A stretch of 64,000 bases of DNA from Isurus oxyrinchus (Eukaryota), in the NCBI GenBank assembly GCA_026770705.1, contig JANJGN010000189.1, positions 434,001-498,000 of the forward strand, written 5' to 3'. This document shows positions 24,860 to 37,010 of this stretch, piece after piece. The translations under genes and the position numbers were made by a program. The notes under the pieces were generated by a model. The model made no database searches. It saw only the letters and a program-made list of their open reading frames with translations, and was not told the DNA's origin. Every line of letters begins with the position of its first letter. Position 1 is the first letter of the stretch.

Positions 24860-25775
24860 AGCTGCTGACACAAAGATAGGTTGGAAAGTAAATTGTGAAG
24901 AGGATGTAAGGTGGTTAGAAAGTGACATCGATAGGTTAAGTGAGTGGGCAAAGATCTGACAAATGGTGTATAATGTGGGCGCATGTGAAATTGTTCATTT
25001 TGTCAGAAAGAACAAGAAGGAAGCTTATTATCTAAAAGGTGAGAGATTGCAGAGCTCTGAGATGCAGAGGGATCTGGGTGTCCTCGTGCATGAATCACAA
25101 AAGGCTGGTTTGCAGATACAGCAGGTCAATCGGAAAGCTAATGGGATGTTATAATTTACTGTGGGGGAATTGAATAGAAAAGTAGGGAGGTTACGTTCAG
25201 TTGGACAGGGCACTGGTGAGACGACATCTGGAGTACTCTGTGCAGTAAGGTCACCTTACTTAATGAAAAATGTAAATGCATTAGAAGCAGTTCAGAGAAG
25301 GTTTACTAGACTAATACCAGGATTGGGCGGGTTGTCTTATGAGGTCAGGTTGGACAGGTTAGGCTTGTATCCACTGGAGTTTAGAAGAGTAAGAGGCAAC
25401 TTAATTAAAACTTTTAAGATCCAGGTGAGTCTTGACAGGCTGGATATGGAGAGGATGTTCCCTCTTGTGTGAGAATCTAGAACTAGGCGGTCATGGTTTA
25501 AAAATAAGGGGTCGCTCATTTAAGATAGAGATGAGGCGAAATGTTTTCTCTCAGAGGGTAGTGAGTCTTTGGAACACTCTGCCTCAAAAGGCAGTGGAAA
25601 CAGGGTCTTTGAATATTTTTAAGGCAGAGCTAGATAGATTCTTGATTAACAAGGGGGTGAAAGGTCATTGGGGGTAGACAGGAATGTGAGGTTGAGGTGA
25701 CAATCAGATCAGCCATGATCTTACTGAATGGCGGAGCAGGTTCGAGGGGCTGAGTGACCTACTCCTGATCCTAAC
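24860..25775 (+). mobile_element. CR1 LINE 3' end
   Basis: QRDLGVLVHES, LEAVQRRFTRLIPGL, FSQRVVSLWNTLP, followed by a CR1-type 3' UTR. Confidence 0.85.
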
Positions 25776-28226
25776 TCAGATATCCATATGTTCTCAAAGG
25801 CAATTGGGGATGGGCAACAAATACTGGCCTAGTCAGCGACACCAACATCCCTGAAATGAATAAGAAAAAAATGTATCAATCAATTAAATTTATTGATTAA
25901 TCGAATTGAAATTCCTCCAGCTGCCGTGGTGGGATTTGAACCCGTGCCTTCAAAGTATTCACCTGGGCCTCTGGATCACTGGCCTAGTGCCATTCCCATT
26001 GTGCGACTGTCTGCTATCATCATGGCTCTTTCACATCGATGTGGAAGTCCTGATAACAGAAGCATTGGACGAGGTACAGAAAGGTGACAAATCAGGAGCT
26101 CCATTGCTCAATATGAACGGATAATAAAGATAAATGAACATAAACCTTCCAGTCGCTAATTAGGGAGTCACTGTGGAGCCCATGAGTCCCTCGCAGCGCT
26201 ATTGCAACCTTCTGGATCCCCAGTAGGGGACTCGGGGTGCTGCTGTGTCTTCCTCATCATTTGGAAAAGCCGGAATTGTTCGGGTGCCCCTTCAAACAGG
26301 CCGAAGATGCAGTGGGTGATGTCTCCCACAGGCCCTGGGAGACCTCCCCTGCCAATTTGTTTTGTAGCTTATTCTTCAACTGCGACATTGGATCAGCTTG
26401 AAAAAGGGTGGGTCTGAGGCAATACCACCAGGTAAGCGTCTATCCCCTCACACGTCACCCCCCCCCACCCCCGTAACCATCACAGTCCCTCCCATCGTGC
26501 TGGAGGAGCATAATGTGCACATTCCCCTCCTTCCAATCAGTCTCCTCCCTTCCTCTCTAATCCTTGATCTTATTGTGTTGGGGGTTGACATCCCAGTCCT
26601 CCTCCCTAGACTGTCTGATGTTGACATCCCAATGCCCCATGTAGACCTGACCTCTCTCCAACTAGAGGCCCATTGTACTGTGACTTACAGAGACCAACGG
26701 CCCCCCTCGATTCCCACCCCCACCCCTACTCTCTATATTACCTGCTCCCCACTGACAGGCTGCAGATGCCTCCTCTGACTGGGATTGTGCCACCTGTGGC
26801 CTAGTATCAAGCCACCCACCCCCAGGATGGACGTGTGTGAGGGACTGACCACGTCCTGCACACCATGCTGGGCACCACCAACCCAGGACTGCCAGGCTGT
26901 CCCCACCACACTGGACTGGGACTAGAATAGGCGTGCCAAGCACAGCTCTCTAAATCGTGGCGCAGACCCACAGCACTCGCAATGTTTTGTGGCCCGAATC
27001 CTTGCTGAGGAACTGCCCAGCACTAAAAGCAAAAAAACTGCGGATGCTGGAAATTCAAAACAGAAACAGAAACAGAAATACCTGGAAAAACTCAGCAGGT
27101 CTGGCAGCATCGGCGGAGAAGTACTGAGGTAGTGCGGCACTGTCGGAGGTTCAGTACTGAGGGAGTGCTGCACTGTCGGAGGGTCTGAGCTGAGGGAGTG
27201 CTGCACTGTCGGAGGCTCTGAACTGAGGGAGAGCTGCACTGTTGGAGGGTTTGAACTGAGGGAGTGCTGCACTGTCGGATGGTTTGAACTGAGGGAGTGC
27301 TGCACTGTCGGAGGGTCTGAACTGAAGGAGTGCTGCACTGTCGGAGGCCTGAACTGAGGGAGTGCTGCACTGTCGGAGGGTCTGAAATGAGGGAGGGCTG
27401 CACTGTCGGAGGGTCTGAACTGAGAGAGTGCTGCACTGTCGGAGGTTCTGAACTGAGGGAGTGCTGTACTGTCTGAGGGTTTGAACTGAGGGAGTGCTGC
27501 AAAGTCGGAGGGTCTGAACTGAGGGAGTGCTGCACTGTCGGAGGGTTTGAACTGAGGGAGTGCTGCATTGTCGGAGGGTCTGATCTGAGGGAGTGCTGCA
27601 CTGTAGGAGGGTCTGAACTGAGGGAGTGCAGCACTGTTGGAGGGTCAGTACTGAGGGAGTGCTCCGCTGTCTAAAGAACATTGTACAAATTGCACAAAAT
27701 TGTATCTGATGCCTGTGTCTCATGCTAACATGAAGTTCATGCACACAACAGGAATATTTCTCGCTGTTTCTCGACAGCAAGACAGCTTTGATATCACACC
27801 AGCCACTGGCAAGTGTGTGCAGCTACAATGTGACATGTTTACATTGGAAATTTCTATTATAAAGATGGACAGAGGAATTCATCTGATTGGAAAACGTGAC
27901 AACATGAAGTAATGTCTTTGAGCCAAGAATTTTGCAGCAAAATAAGAATTTTAATCTTTAAATATCTACAGAACAGGCTGAGCATTTTAATCACTTGAGT
28001 TAATCAATGTAATTTTATTCATAAGCCAAATGCTTCTTACAATCTATCGCAGCATGAAAAAGGTGCAGCATTCAGAAAGCACATTCCAATCAGAGAACAG
28101 AGTTTAGCAACGTCACATTTCTGTTCATTCCTATTCGACCATATTGGCTGCACACAGCCAGACAATGCCGTGGTTATGATGTGTCCACACAGCAGGACTG
28201 GGGAGCACCAGGTATAAGGAAAAGTT

Positions 28227-28861
28227 TCAGCTTGCTGAGGAGAAGAAGGAGAATCTCTCGTTCCAGGTTTCTCTCCGTACATTAAGAAGCAGACATGCCG
28301 ATGTTTCATTACACTCTGTCTGCTGATGGGAGTCCGCTTGGAAATTGCTGTTTGTGCTGATGGAAAGAATAAGCTTTTCATAAATCGAGGGATTGAGTAC
28401 AAACACAGGGAGGTTGCCATTAGCTGATGGGACAAGGACTGGGGGACACAGATTGAAGGTTTTGGGCAGAGGGGGGATTTGAGGAGGAACTTTTTTACAC
28501 AGCGAGTGGTAATGAGCTGGAACTCGCTGCCTACGAGGATGGTGGAAGCGGAGACGATGAACGATTTCAAAAGGAAATTGGATGGACACTTGAGGGGAAA
28601 TAACCTTGCAGGGATACGGGGATAGAGCGGGGGAATGGGACTGACTGGATTGCTTTACAGAGAGACAGCATGGAGTCGATGGGCCGAATGCCGTTCTTCT
28701 GTTCCATGATGAGATTGTTGCTGTGCAAAGCTTTAAACTTCCTTTCACTGTTTGCCTCTCCCAGACACAGACTCCAGTGATAGTGATAACCACAGCCACA
28801 AGGAATATCACAGCTCGTATTCCCAGGATCAGGATCACGTGCAGAATCTCTCCTCCACTGT
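28227..28861 (-). pseudogene. Unit A: Arg-containing TM exon with read-through tail, SGGEILHVILILGIRAVIFLVAVVITITGVCVWERQTVKGS...
   Basis: ttctctag acceptor; near-identical to 41384-41523, but an 11-nt deletion takes the stop out of frame and extends the ORF to 28227. Confidence 0.75.
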
Positions 28862-30530
28862 CTAGAGAACACACAGAAAGAAATCATCACTGACTCTCCG
28901 CTTTCAATCTCTCACTCTGGCTGAACAATCAAGCTTCATATCACTGCAACATTTGCTGTAATATTGACCCATCCACTGGGATTCAATGTGGAATGAATGT
29001 TTTCATTGTAAACACTCTAAGAGTGGACAATCGGAACTTTCCCCTTAGCGTGGAACATTGGTGAGAATGGATCATTGTGCTGTTGGACTCCCTGTCCAAT
29101 GTTTCTCTCCATCGCTGTGTACAGGATTGTGCTGTAGAAAATTCTGGAAACGTTTAGTGCAGGGTGGAAATCCATCTCGGACGCGTGTGCGAATCGGGCA
29201 GGATCAAGATGGACTCGCCTTCGGACTTACACCCCCCGCTTAATAAACAGTTCCAATCTTTACCCAGAGAGAGGGGAGAATGTGGAACTCGCTCCCACTG
29301 GGAGTGTGTGATGTGAACAGTATCGATGTATTTAAGGGGCAGGAGGGTCGGTAACCAGAGGGACACAGATTGATGAACCGGAGGGGGAGATGAGGAGAAT
29401 TTGTTTTGACAGAGCGAGTTGTTGTGATCTGGAAGGTGCTGCCTGAAAGGGCAGTGGAAGCAGATTCAATAGGAACTTTCAAAAGGGAAATTGGATAAAC
29501 ACTTGAAGGAGGAAGATGGGGGCAAAGTGGAGTGGTCGTTAGTGGATCTGATGGGATAGAACATTGAAATACCTGGCACAGGCTCAATGGGCTGAATGGC
29601 CTCCTCCTGTGCTGTATCATTCTCCACTTCCATGATCTCTCCCCCAGTCAGTAACCACTCCAGATCCCTCTTGAAGGTGACAGAGAAACAGCAACCACCA
29701 CACCCACTGACAGCACATTCCCGAGGATCACTACTCTCTGGGAAAAGATGAACTCCCCAACATCCAGCCTATTCCTGCTTCCCGGAGAGTGTAAACCCTT
29801 CAGGGATGCGCTGAGGAAGTTTTCAATAAAATGACATCAAATCTACCGTTGGAGAAATAATTGAATTCCGATGAACTCACAGCTTGTGTAGCAAACTGGG
29901 AAGTAGAGTTGCTGGGAAAGCTGGGAAACACAAGGATGAAGGGCTACAATGCCACCACTGATTGGAGGCTGTAACTACAGCGTGACGTTTACATAGGCAG
30001 TCATCAGTATAAACAGGGGCATTGCACATAATGGGAATTATGTGCACGGAAATAGTGAGAACATTATTTAAGCTTTTCACCAGCAGGAATTCTCTTCCTA
30101 AACCTCTCCAACTCTCTCTTACTCTCAGATACACAAAGAAAATCACACAGAATCAGATAAGGAAGAATTAGGTTGGTGATTCGTCAAAGGGTTAGGTTTC
30201 AGGAAGCTTCTTAAAGGGAGAGAGAGAGTTGGAGATGCAGAGAGTATCTGTGAGTGTCTCTATGCATCTGAGTGTCTGTAATAGTAATTTCCATATTCTT
30301 CCATAAATATGAATGGGAACACAAATCCCAGAATTCAGGCCAACTCTCCAGTGCAGTACTGAGGGAGGTCAGGTAACCCATGAGGGAGTGAGTGTTATTG
30401 TTTGTGTGTGAGTGTGTCTTTGTGTGTGGTCATATATGTGTGTCTGCACGTGTCTATTTAGGTGTGTATGTTCGATGGTGTTTGTGTAGTGTTCAAATCT
30501 GAGAGAGATGTTGAAGTCTGTGTAACTCAC

Positions 30531-30684
30531 GTTCCACAGTGATGGTTATGAACCCATCCACTGCTCCATGTTCTTTCTCTGCCACACACTGATAGTCTCC
30601 AGTGTCCCTGGATGTAACATGAGGAGTCACCAACCACAGCTCATTGTTGGAACTTGTTCTGTTCATTTGGACATTCAGATGTCA
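30531..30684 (-). pseudogene. Unit A: 3' half of a C2-set (type b) exon, acceptor lost
   Basis: NRTSSNNELWLV...GDYQCVAE homology; donor intact; 5' half replaced by unrelated sequence. Confidence 0.8.
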
Positions 30685-31006
30685 TGGCAGGAATCAAGAA
30701 GCCCGTTCACAGGATTACCAACAGAAAGTGAACAACAGTTTATACTTAATGGGAAGAGAGTGCTGATTGGTTGGCAAGTGGTCTCTGATAGGTGGAGGTG
30801 TTGCCATGGAGAATGGTGTGTGTGAGATGTAAAGTTTAGACAGCTTGTCTCTTCATTCAGCAATAATCAAATAAAGATCAATTAACTTCTATCGACATTG
30901 AAGCACTTAGAGAGGCCTTAGAATGTGGATACTGAGAACGGGCTGCACTGTCAGAGGGTCAGCGCTGAGGGAGTGCTGATGTAGAATGAAGGGTGTATGT
31001 AATTAC

Positions 31007-31303
31007 CTTGCACAGTTAGTACGAGGGTCCGCTCCGATGAAACAGATGGATATCTCACTCTGCAGCTGAGAGTGTGTCCGTGGTGTTTGAGTGATGGGAT
31101 CAGGGTCAGAACAGAAGTATAGGTCAGAGTGACACCATGCTGAGATACAGTGTTTGAGACTGATCCAGGTACGTCAGTGGGAGTGTCCCAGGTTAAGACA
31201 GGTGCTGCTGTTCCATTGCATGTTGTGTTGAAGGTGCAGCTTACATCCACACGCTTTCCTGCAATAATTTCAGCAGGGAATATCGTGGGTTTATCTGTGA
31301 AAT
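31007..31303 (-). pseudogene. Unit A: C2-set (type a) exon, open reading frame
   Basis: 297 nt, phase 1-1, FTDKPTIFPAE...SCTFNTTC...LSCRVRYP...LTVQ; extra Cys typical of Siglec domain 2. Confidence 0.88.
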
Positions 31304-32160
31304 CTAACAGACAGAGAATGGATCCTTTTAGAGAAATATAACGTGAAGCATCAGTTCAAATAGAAATCACAGTCCCACAAGAGAAAGCACTTTTACAAGG
31401 ATGATATCAGAACTGAGAGGTTACAATGATCAGGAAAGATTTTCTTGCTCTTTGGCAGTAGTGTTTCTGTCTCTCAGCTTAATACACGTTCACTCCGAGA
31501 CATGTGAATTGAGAACACTGGATGAGAGAAGAGGCTCAGACCAGAAATTGGAGTTAAAAGCAGAATACTGCGGATGCTGGAAATCTGAAACCAAAAGAAA
31601 AATTGCTGGAAAGACTCAGCAGGTCTGACAGTATCAGTGGAGAGGAAGACAGGGTTAACGTTTCGAGTCCGTATGACTCTTCATCAGACCAGAGGTTTGA
31701 GTTCACTGGCTTCTCATTTCCTCAATGATCTAGGTGATTTATTACATTGCGTTTGTTGGATCTTGCTGTGCACAAACTGCCTGCTGTGTTTTACATCTGT
31801 GACTACAATTCAGGAATAATTTCATTGGCTGTGAAGGGATTTGGATCCTCCTGAGGTGGTAAATTGCGCTGCAGAAATGCACATCTTTCTTTTATCGATA
31901 AGTCAGACTTTTAAACAGGACAGGAGAGATTGATGGGTGTGGATAACCTGATAATGCTGTTAATGCTTTTCATCATCGATATAAAGTGAGTATTAGACGT
32001 TGCTTTAGGACTGAACTGGAAACGATCACCAGGTTATTGAGAATCAGACAGTGTGTTATAATAAGCTGTGTTTTGTGTTAATATGTAAACGTCACAGTTT
32101 GTGTTATTTCCCATTGATTGTTGAATGTGAATTGTTGAGTAATTATAACACAGCACTTAC

Positions 32161-32527
32161 CACAAAAGTGAAGCTGGTTTACATGGTAATAGTTATGGCT
32201 CGACCATTGTCAAATTCTATTCTTATAAATAAGGTCCTGCATCTTCCCGTCTGATGTTGTTTATCATCAGGGAACAGTCGCCATCTTTCAGGTCTCCAGA
32301 CAGCCGGGTCCGATGGTGGAACCGTGGTAACTCGTGACTGTGATCCTTGGAGTGAAAGGCAATGGGAGCCCAGGGAATCTGTTTCTCATTATTAAACCAG
32401 ACTCCACCTCGCAGTTGGCTTTCCAAATGTGATGGATAACTGTAATGACATGGAATCTGTGCACAGAAACCTTCCTGCGCTGCCACCTCTCGTGGAGTGT
32501 CACCTTTCCACTCTTGTGACATTCCAA
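32161..32527 (-). pseudogene. Unit A: V-set exon with two 1-nt deletions and a premature TAA just before the essential Arg
   Basis: 367 nt versus 369 nt in unit C; reads GPYL-stop where paralogs read GPYFFR / GFFFFR. Confidence 0.9.
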
Positions 32528-33388
32528 CTGGGGAGAGAAATATCAATATTTAACTCTGGATGGTTTGTAGATCCAATAGACTCGATATCCACCCCCTCCA
32601 TCACTGGGGCACAGTGGCTGCAGTGTGGACCATCTACAGGACACACAGGGATCTCCTCAAGGTTTCACAATGGATGGAAGAGAATCCTGGTCACAGGAGT
32701 GGACAAGTTCATTCTACATTGGCTCATGGTCCTCAGGACCCTGTTTAGTGAAGCCAGTCTTCCACCCAACACAGTGTCTACAAGATACACAGGGAAACTG
32801 TGTAAATATCTCATCTCTCTACACCGACTGGTTTGTCTTCGGTTTAACTTTCAGTTATTTTACTTCCTTATTGTGGTTGCTATGGTGAAACTGTGCAGGA
32901 AGTGCGAGGGCTGGACTCTCTGTCTATTCTGACTGCAGCTGTGATGTGGTCGTGGTGATTCTCAGTAAAATGAAACCCTCTGATCTCCCCCATCCCCGAG
33001 GTTTAGGGAGTGAATTCCAGAGCTCAGGCCCCAGGCAGCAGAAGGCCCGGCCGCCAGTATTGGAGTGATGGGAATCGGGGGATGGTCAAGAGGCCGGACT
33101 TGGAGTAACACAGAGATCTGGGACTTTGGTTGGGAGAGTTGCAGGAGGTTACAGAGATAAGGACGCAGTGTGAGGCAATGGATGCATTTGAACAAAGAGA
33201 TGTGACTTTTAAGTTTGAGATGTTGTAGGACCAGGAGACAGATAGTTTAGGGGTGATGGGTGAATGGGACTTGGTGTGAGCTTGTACACTGGCTCACTGC
33301 TGAATCGGTTCCCAATAACAGCTCAATAAGAATGATCTTTTACAAAGGCTATTAACCATAAATCTGTCCGAGCTGACGATGATATTAC

Positions 33389-33428
33389 CTTGGAGAAGTG
33401 ACAGGAGGAAGTAAGATTTTCCAATCAT
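33389..33428 (-). pseudogene. Unit A: leader exon MIGKSYFLLSLLQ (intact)
   Basis: ATG at 33428, CAAG|gtaata donor, phase 1. Confidence 0.85.
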
Positions 33429-33881
33429 TATCCACTCCCAGATATTTCATCAGCTTCTCACTCTGAAACTCTGAAAGGGAAAGGAGTTAATGAGACCTCA
33501 CCTCTTGTCCAACAGCTCTCGAGAGATCAGAACTGCTTTTAGACAATGTCTTCACAGAATAATTCACAGAATTATCATCCCTGTGGGATGATAGGTGTTC
33601 TGCAGAGAGTTACAAGGCTTTAAGAATGAAAAACAACAAAGGACTTGCATTTCTATAGCACCTTTCACCACATCAGGACACCCCAAAATATCTACAGTTC
33701 CCTCATCCCTTGAGCTAGAAAGATGTTCTGTACAACAGACTTGAGTCTCACACCCAGATCTCAATCATCAGTGGAAATCTTTCAAAGGCATCAATCATTG
33801 GAATCTGTCTTTATAAAGTCACAACATCAACAAAGGACGGTGTTGGTGGTGGAAGTGAATTCCAATCGTTCCGTTACTTAC

Positions 33882-34022
33882 CCAGGACCTGTCCGACTGC
33901 TCGCCTGGGGAGGAACTGCCCACACGCTCTGCTTGGGCTGAATGACCTCTTCCTGTGCTGCTCCCTCTGTGTGTTTAATGAGAAAGGGTGGATGTGTCAC
34001 TTTGAGACAAAATGAGGAAGTT
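33882..34022 (-). promoter_or_regulatory. Unit A: non-coding exon 1 and promoter with PU.1/ETS-like box
   Basis: TGG|gtaagt donor; block conserved at 39230, 52194 and 56079; AAAATGAGGAAGT motif upstream. Confidence 0.6.
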
Positions 34023-34975
34023 GGTTCAAAGTGACAGAGCAGCTCATGTTTTGAGATGTTGGTGAACTGTTAACCCTTTGTGTCCTGACCCTGTGTTGAT
34101 ATTTCTGCTCACAGGTGCACAGTCATTGACCAGGAGTTTCTCCTGTGGGTCAGTGGGTTTCACACCCGAACTCAGGGAGTCAGTATGTTTTAGAATTTTG
34201 TGGGGTTCAAGACCCCATTCAGCAGATGCCTGCCCCACAGAGTAGACTGAAATTCCCCAGTGTCAGTACTGAGGGAGTGCTGCACTGTCAGTGGGTCAGT
34301 ACTGAGGGAGTGCTACACTGTCAGAGGAACAGTACTGAGGGAGTGCAGCACTGTCGGAGGGTCAGTACTGAGGGAGTGCTACACTGTCAGAGGGACAGTA
34401 CTGAGGGAGTGCTGCACTGTCAGAGGGACAGTATCGAGGGAGTGCTAATCTGTCGGAGAGACAGTTTTGAGGGAGTGTTGCATTGTCAGAGGGACAGTAC
34501 TGAGGAATTGTTGCGCTGTTGGAGCGTCAGTACTGATGGAGTGCTGCACTGTCGGTGGGACAGTCCTCAGGGAGTGCCGCACTGTCGGAGGGTCAGTACT
34601 GAGGGAATGTTGTACTGTTGGAGGTTCAGTACTGAAAGTGCGCTGCACTGTCGGAGGGTCAGTACTGAGGGAGTGTTGTACTGTCAGAGGTTCAGTATTG
34701 AGTGAGTGCTGCACTGTCAGAGGGTCAGTACTGAGGGAGTGCTGCACTGTCAGGGGGTGAGTACATTGAGATTCCTGCTCTGCTCTATCAGCCCCTTGGC
34801 TGGACATAAAAGCCGCTGTGTTAATGTTCAGAAACGGTTATTAATTGTATTCTGGTCACCATTTTCCCTCAAAGACAGATTATCTGATTGTCATCAGAAT
34901 ACCTTTCTATGGGATCCTGCTGAGCGTAATCTTGACTGTTCCAGCGAATGTATAATGAAGGGTGTCCGTTCTTAC

Positions 34976-35272
34976 CTTGCACAGTTAGTATGAGGGTCTG
35001 CTCCGATGAAACAGATGGATATCTCACTCTGCAGCAGAGAGTGTGTCCGTGGTGTTTGAGTGATGGGATCAGGGTCAGAACAGAAGTATAGGTCAGAGTG
35101 ACACCATGCTGAGTTACAGTGTTTGAGACTGATCCAGGTACGTCAGTGGGAATGTCCCAGGATAAGACAGGTGCTGCTGTTCCATTGCACGTTGTGTCGA
35201 AGGTGCAGCTTACATCCACAGGCTTTCCTGCAATAATTTCAGCAGGGAATATCGTGGGTTTATCTGTGAAAT
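34976..35272 (-). pseudogene. Unit B: C2-set (type a) exon; no TM exon follows in this unit
   Basis: 297 nt, canonical splice sites, several substitutions (e.g. LCCRV). Confidence 0.85.
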
Positions 35273-35515
35273 CTAACAGACAGAGAATGGATCCTTTTAG
35301 AGAAATATAACGTGAAGCATCAGTTCAAATAGAAATCACAGCCCTAAGATTAGAGATAGATGGGAGTGGATGACCTGATAACATTGATGGACACAGTGAA
35401 TACATTTAATCATTGATATTAAAGTGAGTATTAGAGGTTGCTTTAGGACTGAACGGATGCTATCACCCGGTTATTGAGAATCAGACTCTGCGTTATACTA
35501 AACTGTGTTTTATGT

Positions 35516-36560
35516 TGTGATGAAACTATGATATTTTTCAGAATAATATTGTCGGCTTATGGGAATGAATGTAGATGGTTCCGTCTGCGGGTCTGATTTA
35601 ATTGAATTCGAGTCAGATCAACTGTGAGGTTAAAACTATCAATAGAGTTTGGTGCAAAGCAGACTTCTGAAATGGGGATGGACAAGCTAGGATGAGGGTT
35701 CCACAGAAAAGCTGTAAATGAAATTTTAGATCAGTAAAGAGAATGTTTGATTGTCAAAGGGTAGTTGGGTGTTTATAATTAACAAGATAACCAGGGCAAG
35801 GTTATTATGTGTATTCTTCCCAAAAGGAATGGGCCATATTGACAACATGAAAGATTTTTATACTATGGGAAAAGTGTATTTCCCAAGACAGGTGCAACAA
35901 TGGGATTTTATACATTGGAGAGAGAGAAACCAACATAAAGAAGGATGGAATGTTATGTGGGAGGGGGACATGAATTTCTTGAAAGGTACAGTAGGTGAAG
36001 ACAGGTGCTGCTGTTCCATTGCACGTTGTGTTGAAGGTGCAGCTTACATCTACACGCTTGCCTGCAATAATTTCAGCAGGGAATATCGTGGGTTGATCTG
36101 TGAAATCTAACAGACAGGGAATGGATCCTTTTAGGTAAAACGTTTCTGTTCACTTTTGCTGCTCCAGTGCTTATAGGTGTGTTAAAAGACTTTGGAATTA
36201 TACTGTCAAGTGGGTGCTGCAGTAACCTTGCCGGATTCCCATTTCCATTTAAGATTTATTGGGATTGTTGCCTTCAAGGGGGTGTGTAGTTGGAAATTAG
36301 GTTAATGAGAAATTTTGGAATTTGTTCTAATATCAAGTAACTGTAATCTTCTGTATGTGTTTGAATGTTTCTTCTTTTGTTAATACATTTCTTAATATAA
36401 TTTTAAAATATCTAAAGGTGTTAGTGGACTCAATTCTTATGCATTCACATCATAAGCCTTCTCTCAACAAATGTAAATGGCAAAACCATTGTGGTAGCTT
36501 GGCCAAGTTCCCTTTGTGGATTCTCTCCACCTGGCACACATCACCTGCCATGTCATAACA
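35516..36560 (+). mobile_element. Solo LTR in the unit B V-C2 intron, containing a Siglec C2 exon fragment
   Basis: TGTGATGA...TCATAACA termini, 4-bp TSD atgt/gtgt, empty site in unit A (~32070). Confidence 0.75.
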
Positions 36561-36645
36561 GTGTTATTATGTAAACGTCAGAGTTTGTGTTCATTCCCAT
36601 TGAGTGTTGAATGTGAATGTTGAGTAATTATAACACCGCACATAC

Positions 36646-37010
36646 CAGAAACTTGAAGCTGGGTTACAGGGTAATAGTTATGGCTTGGACCATTGTCAAA
36701 TTTTATTCTGAAAAAATAAGGTCCTGCATCTTCCCATCTGATGTTGTTTATAATCAGTGAACAGTCACCATCTTTCAGGTCTCCAGACAGCCGGGTCCGA
36801 TGCCGGAACAGTGGTAACTCGTGACTGTGATCCTTGGAGTGAAAGGCTATAAAGAATCTTATCAGGACTTTGTCATTAAACCAGATTCCAATTTGTGGTT
36901 GGTTTTCCAGACACGATGGATAACTGTAATGACATGGAATCTGTACACACGAATATTCCTGCGCTGTCACCTCTCATGGAGTGTCACCTTCCACTCTTGT
37001 GACAGTCCAA
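36646..37010 (-). pseudogene. Unit B: V-set exon with an early 1-nt deletion and CGA>TGA
   Basis: SCVQIPC...GDCSL...GPYFFRIK retained, but the 5' end is out of frame relative to units A and C. Confidence 0.9.

Noticed and set aside
25920-26000. tRNA-like sequence (gtgggatttgaacc)
   Set aside because: Degenerate tRNA-derived SINE head in reverse orientation; no full cloverleaf
26922-27780. Cys/His-rich repeat ORFs resembling zinc fingers or mucins
   Set aside because: Translations of the 33-bp SINE-derived minisatellite
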